Positions 43,540-51,779 of a stretch of 64,000 bases of DNA are shown here, one piece after another. Made by a program: the position numbers and the translations under genes. The first letter of the stretch is position 1. Each line of letters begins with the position of its first letter. Source of the DNA: Pseudomonadota bacterium. Lineage in GTDB: Bacteria > Desulfobacterota > Desulfobulbia > Desulfobulbales > JAHJIY01. Where the stretch lies: assembly GCA_018823175.1 (NCBI GenBank), contig JAHJIY010000004.1, forward strand, positions 1,963 to 65,962, read 5' to 3'. The notes under the pieces were generated by a model, which was given only the letters and a program-made list of their open reading frames with translations, ran no database searches and was not told where the DNA came from.

Positions 43540-44766
43540 ATGAAGATTCGAAAAATCGGTAAATATTGCGCTCCTTTTCTGGCACTTGCCATGCTGGCCT
43601 CTCCATTAGCAAATGAAGCCCAGGCCGGGCCAAGTATTGAGTTTGGAGATGACGGTCAAGGTATCCTGAAGATTGATTACAAGGCCCAGTTCCAGGTTGT
43701 TTCCCGTGACACCGGTTCCGGCGAAACCGGCGACGATGCCACCAATACCATGGGCTTCCGGCGCAATCGTCTGGCGTTTATCGGGGCCTGGGGCGATATG
43801 TACGGCATATATGTCCAGACCGATTACTTTGAAAATACCGCAATCTCAACCTTAGGTCAAAATACCACCTCATACGATCCATCCGATGATTACTTTTCCC
43901 TGATCGACGCTCAGATTCGGATAAAGTTCAACGACATGGCCCATCTGCGGGTCGGCAAGTTTAAAGCTAACCTCACCCGGGAAAACCTGGAAGACTGTTA
44001 TCAACCACTGACCCTTGATCGTTCGAAATTCCTGGCCGAGCCCTTTGTCATTTCCAGAGATATCGGCATGAGCCTATGGGGCAATCTGGTTGACAATAAA
44101 GTACAATACAAGATTGACTTACTGGAAGGCAAGCCAGCCAAACAAGTTTCGGGTAACACTGGTGATACCCTGGGCTCCAATTTCCGCTACTCCGGCCGGG
44201 TCCATGTTTCCCTGCTGGAACCTGAATCAGGTTATGGCTATCGCGGCACTTACCTCGGCACCAAAAAGGTGTTGACCATCGGCGCCGCCATGCAGCATGA
44301 AGACGATCTGGTTTACAAAAATGACAATAAGGACGGCGCCGAAAGCTATAACGCCTACACCGTTGATCTCTTTACCGAAATTCCGGTTCCCGCCGTGGGA
44401 ACCTTTACCCTGTCGGCCGCTTACGCCGATTTTGACTTTGGTGACCGGGGCCTCAACAGTGACAATACCCTCGGCAATGATGCTGCCTCCAACAAAGGCG
44501 GCGAAAGAGATGGCTATTACGTCAAAGCCGGCTATATGCTGCCCACCCTGCCGCTGCAGATCTTCGGCCGGATGGAGACCTGGACCTTTGCCGAACTTAA
44601 CGGCATTATGGACCATGAACTCAACTGGATGGGAGTTGGCGCCAACTACTACGTCAGAAACCAGGACGTAAAAGTAACTCTGGAATATTCCACCGTGCAG
44701 TTTGACGACCGGGATACCGCTGATGATATTTCAACCATCGTGGCCCAGCTTCAGTTTATGTACTAA
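43540..44766 (+). CDS. Outer-membrane beta-barrel porin
   Basis: The ATG at 43540 gives MKIRKIGKYCAPFLALAMLASPLANEAQA; the ATG at 43510 is an alternative start. Amphipathic beta-strand patterns alternate throughout. The C-terminus ...VAQLQFMY ends in an aromatic residue, which is the OMP beta-signal. Confidence 0.7.
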   Translation: MKIRKIGKYCAPFLALAMLASPLANEAQAGPSIEFGDDGQGILKIDYKAQFQVVSRDTGSGETGDDATNTMGFRRNRLAFIGAWGDMYGIYVQTDYFENTAISTLGQNTTSYDPSDDYFSLIDAQIRIKFNDMAHLRVGKFKANLTRENLEDCYQPLTLDRSKFLAEPFVISRDIGMSLWGNLVDNKVQYKIDLLEGKPAKQVSGNTGDTLGSNFRYSGRVHVSLLEPESGYGYRGTYLGTKKVLTIGAAMQHEDDLVYKNDNKDGAESYNAYTVDLFTEIPVPAVGTFTLSAAYADFDFGDRGLNSDNTLGNDAASNKGGERDGYYVKAGYMLPTLPLQIFGRMETWTFAELNGIMDHELNWMGVGANYYVRNQDVKVTLEYSTVQFDDRDTADDISTIVAQLQFMY

Positions 44767-44792
44767 AAAATCAAGCTAGACAGTCCCCAAAA

Positions 44793-44831
44793 GGCGCGGT
44801 ATACAAAGATTGTATGCCACGCCTTTTTTTT
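44793..44831 (+). terminator. Rho-independent terminator after the porin gene
   Basis: GGCGCGGTATACAA-aga-TTGTATGCCACGCC followed by T8. Confidence 0.8.
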
Positions 44832-44925
44832 GTAAATTATTCAGACTACCTTTATCCATAACCAATCCGGAATCCATAACCAATCCGGCTCCGGCGAACC
44901 CGGCTGACCATAAGGGGAAGGCCCG

Positions 44926-46728
44926 ATGCCAGGCCGACTTATTTCAAGAAAAAGGTCCCACAAAGGTAAAATGAGCAGGTCGATTCTTCAAAAACCACGC
45001 CAGAAATCAAACCATAGTCTAATCCACAGCGAAGATGCTATCTCGCCGGCCTCATTCTTGAAAAACCATTATTTTGCATATCTTCTGGCCGCGCTTTTCT
45101 CTCTGCTCCTCCCGATAATTCTCTATCACTACCGGACGCTGGACAACAATGCCCTCTGCCGCTGGCCCTGGGTCTTTGCCGACGGCCCCCCCTTAAAATC
45201 ATGGGCCTTGCTGCTGATAATTACCTTGGTCGCCTTTTTCCTGGCCAGTCGTTCCTGGCCTAAAAACAAACCGGTTTTTCTCTTTCTTTCCGCCTTAATT
45301 ATCGGCGTCTCCTTGTGGGGCGAACCGGAGATTATCATGGATGCCTCGCGATATTTCACCCAGGCCAAATATCTTGAGGTTAACGGAATAAGCGCCTTCT
45401 GGCATGGCTGGGGAAATGAATTATCCGCCTGGACCGACCTCCCCCTGGTCCCTTTTATTTATGGACTTGTCCTCACCGTCTTTGGTGAAACGAGAATATT
45501 TATTCAGGCCCTTACCACCTTGTTTTTTGTCGGTTCCGTATGGTTCACCTATCTGCTGGCCCGAGATCTGTGGGATGAGGAAACAGGCTTGCTGGCCGGG
45601 CTGCTTCTTCTTTGCTATCCTTATCTACTGCTCAATATCCCGCTGATGATGGTTGATCTGCCCACCATGTTTTTTATGGTCCTGACTGTTTACACCTTCT
45701 GCCTGGCCCTGCAGACCGACACTCCCTTGCCGATTCTGGCAGCCGCTCTGGCGATATTCTGCACCTTCTGGGCCAAATATTCGACCTGGATTCTGCTCAG
45801 TATCCTACCGGTGATCTTTCTGGTCTACTACAAATCAGATCCTCAAAAAACCAGACGTCGGGCCTTTTATACGATAACGATTACCCTTGTCCTGATTCTC
45901 CCGCTGGTCATTAGTCTTTGGGAGGTGATCAATGACCAGATCAGACTGCTTCTTGACTACCAGCGCCCCGGTCTACAAAAATGGTCCGAAGGATTTATCT
46001 CCACTTTTTTCTTTCAGATCCATCCCCTGGTTACTCTCTCAGCCTTATTTGGGACCTGGATTGCCCTGCGCAAAAAGGACCGAAAATTCATTATTCCTCT
46101 CTATCTCATAATGGTGCTGGTCCTTGTCCTGCAGGTCAAGAGGATCCGCTACCTGATGCCGATTTTTCCGATGCTGGCGATCACTGCTGCATACGGTCTA
46201 CGCCAACTCGCCGATCAACGGTTGCAAAGATTCCTGATGCTTTCCACTCTGGGCGCCGCCCTGATTTTGACCTTCGGCTCATATCTTCCCTTTACCGGGC
46301 AACTCAGCGCCGCCAATCTCAAAAATGGCGGCCGCTTTCTTGATACCATAAGTCCGACCAGCATCGCGATTTATACCGTCCCGCAAAAGGCAAAAGATGT
46401 TAATCTCAAGATTAATGTCCCGATTCTGGATTTGTTTACGCAAAAAAAGCTATACTTACTGAGCGACCCGGCCGAGCAGAGTCCTGAAGTTAACCAGACC
46501 TCATCCTTCCGGTTCAGCTGGGAACAGGATCTGCCTGATTTCTATGATCCTCTGCCCGCCAGACCGGCAAACGGACCGGACCCGCTGGTCATTATCTCAT
46601 CAGGCCCCTTGACTAAACTGCCGCCCTTGATCCGGGAAAAGATGGCCGGACACCGTCAGGTTAAATCATTTAACCGGAGTAGCGGACTCTTCACCTATAA
46701 AACATTCGTGACCATTTATTATGACTGA
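44926..46728 (+). CDS. ArnT/PMT-like (GT39/GT83-type) polyprenyl-phosphate-sugar-dependent glycosyltransferase, polytopic membrane protein
   Basis: 600-aa ORF with an AAGGGGAAGG ribosome-binding site and more than 10 TM helices. DASRYFTQAKYL...PLVPFIYGLVLTVFGETRIFIQALTTLFFVGSVWFTYLLARDLW matches the N-terminal catalytic loop and helices of the ArnT family. The C-terminal soluble domain is about 130 aa. Confidence 0.6.
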   Translation: MPGRLISRKRSHKGKMSRSILQKPRQKSNHSLIHSEDAISPASFLKNHYFAYLLAALFSLLLPIILYHYRTLDNNALCRWPWVFADGPPLKSWALLLIITLVAFFLASRSWPKNKPVFLFLSALIIGVSLWGEPEIIMDASRYFTQAKYLEVNGISAFWHGWGNELSAWTDLPLVPFIYGLVLTVFGETRIFIQALTTLFFVGSVWFTYLLARDLWDEETGLLAGLLLLCYPYLLLNIPLMMVDLPTMFFMVLTVYTFCLALQTDTPLPILAAALAIFCTFWAKYSTWILLSILPVIFLVYYKSDPQKTRRRAFYTITITLVLILPLVISLWEVINDQIRLLLDYQRPGLQKWSEGFISTFFFQIHPLVTLSALFGTWIALRKKDRKFIIPLYLIMVLVLVLQVKRIRYLMPIFPMLAITAAYGLRQLADQRLQRFLMLSTLGAALILTFGSYLPFTGQLSAANLKNGGRFLDTISPTSIAIYTVPQKAKDVNLKINVPILDLFTQKKLYLLSDPAEQSPEVNQTSSFRFSWEQDLPDFYDPLPARPANGPDPLVIISSGPLTKLPPLIREKMAGHRQVKSFNRSSGLFTYKTFVTIYYD

Positions 46729-48181
46729 TAAAATGAAATGCGCTATCGTCGTTCCCGCCTGGCTGCCGGAAGATATATTTTCCCAAAAAACCGCCGGTTC
46801 CCAGATTAATTACTGGCAGCCGCTCGGCACCTTGTATGTCGCCGCCTCCCTGCTTGAGGCCGGGCATCAGGTCGATTTCTTAAACGGCGCCTTCCTTTCC
46901 CACGACCAGATCATGGCCCAACTTGCCGAGTTGAAGCCGGAAGTGGTCGGTCTCTACTCAACTACCTTCGGTTGGGACCGGGCGATGAAAACGGCGGCGG
47001 CGATCAAGGCTTTTGATCCTAAAATTTTTGTGGTGGTCGGCGGCCCATATGCGGTGGCCGTTCAAGAAAAATGTCTGGAGGATTGCCCTGATCTTGATGC
47101 AGTAGTCACCGGTGAAGGAGAAATCACCATGCGTGAACTCCTGGCCCATCTGGCTGATCAGCGGCCGCTCCTCGGTCTGGAAGGACTGGTCTTCAGGGAC
47201 AACGGCAAGATCGTCAAAAACGAGCCCCGCCCCCTGATTACCGACCTTGACCGCATCCCTTTTCCGGCCCGGGAACTGCTCGGTGATAGCTGGCGTTATA
47301 TCCCACCGCCCGCCACTTACCGACGAAAACCGGTGGCGGTGATCATGACCTCGCGAGGATGCAACCGCAAATGTCTCTATTGTTTCCAGATCGATAAATA
47401 CCGTAAAAGCGGGATCAGATACCGCAGTATCGAAAATGTAATGGCGGAGATTGAGCTGGTCTTGGCTCAAGGATATCGCGAAATAAAATTTATTGACGAC
47501 ACCCTGGCCGCCGACTATGAGCGGGCTATGGCAATCGCCAACGAAATCAAGCGCCGCAAGCTCGATTTCACCTGGTTTGTCTCGGCCTGCGTCAATCAGG
47601 TTGACAAAAAACTGCTCACGGCCTTTAAGGAGGCCGGTTGTTGGGCCATCCTGTTCGGGGCCGAAAGCGGCGTCCAGAAAAATCTCAATTCCATCCGCAA
47701 AGGAATTACGGTCGGGCAGATAGAAAAAGCGGTCAAGGCCGCCAAAGAAGTTGGTTTGTTCGTCTATACCCCTTTTCTCTTCGGGATCCCCGACCAGACC
47801 TTTGAAGATGGCCTCAAGACCATTGAATTTGCCTGCCGCCTTGATCCGGACATCGCAAATTTTCATGCGATCACCCCATTTCCCGGCACCGAACTTTATG
47901 ACAATCTTGAAAAATACGGCACCATGTCAAAGGAACTCAGCGACTTTACTTACCAGGGAGCGGCCTTTGTCCCATTCACCATGACCAGGGAGGAGATTCA
48001 AACCCTGCGCCAGCTGGCCTTCAGAAAATTCTATGGCCGGCCCAGCTATATGTTTAAAAGATTTTTAAAGTTGCGAAACGCCAATGATATCCGGGCCGCG
48101 GTCCTTGGGCTAAAAAGCCTGTTATGGCTCTGGCTGAAACGTGGCATCTTCCATCGTTATGACGGGAGTGGCGAGGGCTGA
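46721..48181 (+). CDS. B12-binding-domain radical SAM protein (class B)
   Basis: The ORF overlaps the upstream stop by 8 nt. The N-terminal cobalamin-binding Rossmann-like region reads VVGLYSTTFGWDRAMKTAAAIK...FVVVGGPYA. The radical SAM cluster motif is SRGCNRKCLYCF (CxxxCxxC). Confidence 0.85.
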   Translation: MTDKMKCAIVVPAWLPEDIFSQKTAGSQINYWQPLGTLYVAASLLEAGHQVDFLNGAFLSHDQIMAQLAELKPEVVGLYSTTFGWDRAMKTAAAIKAFDPKIFVVVGGPYAVAVQEKCLEDCPDLDAVVTGEGEITMRELLAHLADQRPLLGLEGLVFRDNGKIVKNEPRPLITDLDRIPFPARELLGDSWRYIPPPATYRRKPVAVIMTSRGCNRKCLYCFQIDKYRKSGIRYRSIENVMAEIELVLAQGYREIKFIDDTLAADYERAMAIANEIKRRKLDFTWFVSACVNQVDKKLLTAFKEAGCWAILFGAESGVQKNLNSIRKGITVGQIEKAVKAAKEVGLFVYTPFLFGIPDQTFEDGLKTIEFACRLDPDIANFHAITPFPGTELYDNLEKYGTMSKELSDFTYQGAAFVPFTMTREEIQTLRQLAFRKFYGRPSYMFKRFLKLRNANDIRAAVLGLKSLLWLWLKRGIFHRYDGSGEG

Positions 48182-49182
48182 TGACGGCAGGAATTTCAGT
48201 CATCATTCCGGTCCATAACGGCGGTGACGATTTCAGGCAATGTCTTGAAGCTCTGGCAACCAGCCAACCGCCCCCGGAGGAGATTATCGTGGTGGCCGAT
48301 GGCGAAAGCGACGGAAGCTGGCGTCTGGCTTATGATTTCCAGGTCAGGGTTATTAACCTGCCCACCCCGTCCGGCCCGGCTCACGCCCGCAATCTCGGGG
48401 CCCAAACCGCAACCGGTGAAATTCTGCTATTTATCGATGCCGATGTTCTGGTCCGCCCGGATACCGTGGCTATGGTCCGGGACTATTTCCATAATCATCC
48501 GGCAGTCAGCGCAATTATGGGTTCATACGATGACACCCCGACTGCGACCAATTTTCTTTCTCAATACCGGAACCTTTTTCATCACTATACCCACCAGACC
48601 GGCGCTATTGAGGCCTCGACTTTCTGGACCGGATGCGGCGCAATCCGGGCTGATGTATTTAGAAAAATGGGCGGCTTTGACCAGAACAGATGCCGACCTC
48701 TGAGCAGGGCCTGCCCGGGAACCATTGAGGATGTCGAACTGGGCTACCGCTTAAAAGAGAGCGGCCATTCAATTCATCTTTTAAAAGAGCTGCAGGTCAA
48801 ACATCTGAAACGCTGGGACTTAAGATCAATAATCCGCACGGATTTTTTCTACCGGGCCCTGCCCTGGACGGAATTACTCTTGACCAGGGGCCGGATGATC
48901 AATGACCTCAATCTTAAGAAACAAACTCGTCTCAGTATTGTTTTGATCTTCAGCTTAATCACCTGTATTCTTGCCCTGCTTGTCGGGACGCCAACCGGAA
49001 CAGTCGCCATTATCCTGAGCTTGCTCTTGCTCCTGATTAACTGGAGATGCTATAGTTTCTTTTATCAAAAAAGAGGACTTCGGTTTGCCGCCCTGGTCAT
49101 TCCCTGGCACTGGCTTTATTTCTTTTACAGCGGCATTGCCTATATCTACGGGTCCATCCTGTTCAGACTGAAGAAAAGGTAA
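48181..49182 (+). CDS. GT2-family glycosyltransferase with C-terminal TM helices (ArnC/DPM-synthase-like architecture)
   Basis: There is a TGATG overlap with the upstream gene. ISVIIPVHNGGDDFRQCLEAL, IIVVADGESDGS and LFIDADV (the DxD motif) are present. Two C-terminal hydrophobic helices follow. Confidence 0.8.
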   Translation: MTAGISVIIPVHNGGDDFRQCLEALATSQPPPEEIIVVADGESDGSWRLAYDFQVRVINLPTPSGPAHARNLGAQTATGEILLFIDADVLVRPDTVAMVRDYFHNHPAVSAIMGSYDDTPTATNFLSQYRNLFHHYTHQTGAIEASTFWTGCGAIRADVFRKMGGFDQNRCRPLSRACPGTIEDVELGYRLKESGHSIHLLKELQVKHLKRWDLRSIIRTDFFYRALPWTELLLTRGRMINDLNLKKQTRLSIVLIFSLITCILALLVGTPTGTVAIILSLLLLLINWRCYSFFYQKRGLRFAALVIPWHWLYFFYSGIAYIYGSILFRLKKR

Positions 49183-49188
49183 ATCAAT

Positions 49189-50961
49189 TTGCAGACCAAA
49201 TCCCCGGTGATCATTATCGGCGGCGGTCCGGCCGGACTGGCCGCAGCCCATCAATGCTTGAGTCTTAAAATGCAGCCCATTGTTTTCGAGATGAATAATC
49301 TGGTCGGCGGCATCTCACGGACCGAGGTCTACAAAGATTATCTTTTTGATATCGGTGGCCATCGTTTCTTTACCCGGATGGAAAACATTGACCGACTCTG
49401 GCAAGAGATGATGGGCGACGATTTCCTGACCGTCTCCCGCCGATCACGGATCTTTTATCAGGGCCGCCTTTACGACTACCCCCTGAAAGCGACAAATGCC
49501 CTTCTCAATCTCGGCATTATTGAGAGCCTGCTGATCATAGCCAGCTATCTGAAGGCGCAAGTCTGCCCCCTGACCCCGGAGGCAAACTTTGAACAATGGG
49601 TGGCCAACCGTTTCGGCTGGCGACTGTACCGGACTTTCTTCAAGACCTATACCGAAAAAGTCTGGGGCATGCCGTGCGATCAGATCCAGGCCGCCTGGGC
49701 CGCGCAACGGATCAAGGGGCTGTCGTTAAAGTCAGCGGTAATCAATGCAATGTTCGGCGGCGGCACCGCCAAAAGCCTGATCGACAGTTTCAAATATCCG
49801 CGGAAAGGGCCGGGCATGATGTGGGAGAGGTTCAAGGACCATATCGAACACAATAACGGCAGTGTCCTGTTGAACAGCAAAACGGAAAGTTTGCGCCATG
49901 AAAACGGCCGAATAATTGCCATGACTTACCGGGACACCGCCGATGAATTGCACACAATGCCGGTGGAACAGATGATTTCCAGCATTCCGGTCAGCAGACT
50001 GATCAAGCTGCTCGATCCCGCCCCACCCGCAGAGGTATTGGCCGCAGCCGACACCTTATCGTACCGTTCATTTCTGATCGTCGGACTGATCATCAACAAG
50101 AAGGGATTATTCCCTGATCAGTGGCTCTACATCCACAGCCCCGAGGTCAAGGTGGGCCGGATTCAGAATTTCGGGAACTGGAGTGCGGCCATGGTACCGG
50201 ACCCCGATAAAAGCAGCATCGGCATGGAATATTTCTGTACGATCGGCGATACGCTCTGGCAGACCGCCGATGCCGATCTGATTAAGATGGCCTCGGCCGA
50301 ACTGACTAAACTTGGCCTGCTTGACCAGGCCGAAATTATCGACGGCACCGTGATCAGACAGCCGCTAGCCTACCCGGTATATGACGCCGGCTATAACAAA
50401 AATCTGTTAATAATCAGGGAGTTTCTCGCCACGATCGGCAATCTGCAAACCATCGGCCGCAACGGGATGCATCGTTACAACAACATGGACCATTCGATGC
50501 AAACCGGCATCATGGCCGCCAAGAATGTTAACGGCGCCCAATATAACCTTTGGACAATCAATGAGGAAGATTCCTATCTGGAAGCGGAAACTCCGACCCT
50601 GGCCAAATCAACCCTGGTCACCAAACTACTGAGCAGATCATTTGCCCGAATGGACGAAGTCGCCTTTGCCACGGCGACCGGCACCCTGGCCGGTCTGGTT
50701 TTATTCCTGGCCACCATCTGGCTGCTCATCCGGGGGGGAGATAATGTCGGCCAGCACCTGAAACTAATCGGCCAATACTTTATCGGTTACAGCGTGACCA
50801 TGGAAGGAGCCTTTATCGCCCTGGCCTATGCCTTTTTTTCCGGATTTCTTTTTGGCTGGTCGCTGGCTTATCTGCGAAATCTCTTTCTGACTCTCTACCT
50901 CTATCAGATCAAGAAGAAAAATGAGATGATGAGCCTGAAAGACCTGATGGACCAATTGTAG
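49189..50961 (+). CDS. FAD/NAD(P)-binding oxidoreductase (amine-oxidase / UDP-galactopyranose-mutase-like fold) with a C-terminal 2-TM domain
   Basis: The ORF starts at a TTG. VIIIGGGPAGLAAAH is the dinucleotide-binding GxGxxG motif. Also present are VGGISRT, FDIGGHRFF and GRNGMHRYNNMDHSM. The C-terminal 90 aa or so are hydrophobic (LAGLVLFLATIWLLIRGGDNVGQHLKLIGQYFIGY...). Confidence 0.75.
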   Translation: MQTKSPVIIIGGGPAGLAAAHQCLSLKMQPIVFEMNNLVGGISRTEVYKDYLFDIGGHRFFTRMENIDRLWQEMMGDDFLTVSRRSRIFYQGRLYDYPLKATNALLNLGIIESLLIIASYLKAQVCPLTPEANFEQWVANRFGWRLYRTFFKTYTEKVWGMPCDQIQAAWAAQRIKGLSLKSAVINAMFGGGTAKSLIDSFKYPRKGPGMMWERFKDHIEHNNGSVLLNSKTESLRHENGRIIAMTYRDTADELHTMPVEQMISSIPVSRLIKLLDPAPPAEVLAAADTLSYRSFLIVGLIINKKGLFPDQWLYIHSPEVKVGRIQNFGNWSAAMVPDPDKSSIGMEYFCTIGDTLWQTADADLIKMASAELTKLGLLDQAEIIDGTVIRQPLAYPVYDAGYNKNLLIIREFLATIGNLQTIGRNGMHRYNNMDHSMQTGIMAAKNVNGAQYNLWTINEEDSYLEAETPTLAKSTLVTKLLSRSFARMDEVAFATATGTLAGLVLFLATIWLLIRGGDNVGQHLKLIGQYFIGYSVTMEGAFIALAYAFFSGFLFGWSLAYLRNLFLTLYLYQIKKKNEMMSLKDLMDQL

Positions 50962-50965
50962 ATAT

Positions 50966-51266
50966 TTTAGGTTGAAGGTTGAAGGTTGAAGGTTGAAGGT
51001 TGAAGGTGGAAGGTTGAAGGTGGAAGGTGGAAGGTGGAAGGTGGAAGGTTGAAGGTTGGAGGTTGAAGGTTGAAGGTGGAAGGTGGAAGGCGGAAGGTTG
51101 AAGGTTGGAGGCTGGAGGCTGAAGATTGGAGGCTGAAGGTTGGAGGCTGAAGGTGGAAGGTTGGAGGCTGAAAGTGGAAGGTTGGAGGCTGAAGGTTGGA
51201 GGCTGAAGGTTGGAGGCTGAAGGTTGGAGGCTGAAGGTTGGAGGCTGAAGGTTGAAGGTGGAAGTG
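50966..51266 (+). repeat. Heptanucleotide tandem array of 43 units ([TG]G[AG]AGG[TCG] type) in perfect 7-nt register
   Basis: The array starts 5 nt after the TAG stop at 50959-50961. I checked phase at 50973, 51001, 51127, 51246 and 51253. Units include TGAAGGT, GGAAGGT, TGGAGGC and TGGAGGT, so it belongs to the same family as 16076-16348. Confidence 0.95.
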
Positions 51267-51295
51267 ATAATAGATACTGCCAAAACTAAACTCCG

Positions 51296-51628
51296 GTGAA
51301 TGAGATGGACGAAATTGAAAAGCATGAAATTATAACCCCAAATGAGGAGAAGCTGTTTAGCGGTTTGCTCCTCTTAAACGCCAAGGCGCTCGGCATCGTC
51401 CTTGGCCTGCTTTGCGGCTTGGGGCTGTTTGTCGCCACCAACTGGCTGGTGATCAAGGGGGGGCCAAAAGTCGGCCAGAACCTGCAGCTGCTCAGCCAAT
51501 ATTTTATTGGCTACCGGGTCAGTTTTATCGGCAGTATCATTGGCTTTTTTTACGGTTTTGCGGTGGGCACGATCAGCGGATCCTTTCTCGGCTGGCTCTA
51601 CAACAAAATATCGTTGCTGAGAGAATGA
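51296..51628 (+). CDS. Small 2-TM membrane protein, paralog of the C-terminal domain of the upstream FAD oxidoreductase
   Basis: 110-aa ORF starting at GTG 51296 or ATG 51305. LFVATNWLVIKGGPKVGQNLQLLSQYFIGYRVSF aligns with LFLATIWLLIRGGDNVGQHLKLIGQYFIGYSVTM, encoded at about 50650-50920. Confidence 0.6.
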   Translation: MNEMDEIEKHEIITPNEEKLFSGLLLLNAKALGIVLGLLCGLGLFVATNWLVIKGGPKVGQNLQLLSQYFIGYRVSFIGSIIGFFYGFAVGTISGSFLGWLYNKISLLRE

Positions 51629-51779
51629 TGTTCATCATTAATTTCGGCCCATATCATACATCCAGAACAACTACTGATTCCGGCAGACCCCTGCCCTTGA
51701 CACCCGGCATAAAACTTGTTATTTCAGACCCTTAACTATCCATCCAACTTCATAAATCTTAAATGAAGGGAGACCGAAA

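Noticed and set aside
46958-47866. A 302-aa minus-strand ORF inside the radical SAM gene, and similarly 25029-25724 and 25986-26477 inside cimA, 32759-33487 inside lpxB, 17142-17630 inside the dehydrogenase, and 52269-52715 inside the NSS gene.
   Set aside because: All are antisense to genes with strong family motifs. Their products are low-complexity or R/G/P-rich and have no recognisable motifs.
50909-51325. A 138-aa minus-strand ORF (PPTFSLQPSASNLQ...) spanning the second heptad array.
   Set aside because: The complement units ACCTTCA and GCCTCCA contain no stop codons in any frame, so an open frame is automatic. It has no ribosome-binding site, no start context and only a repeat-derived sequence.
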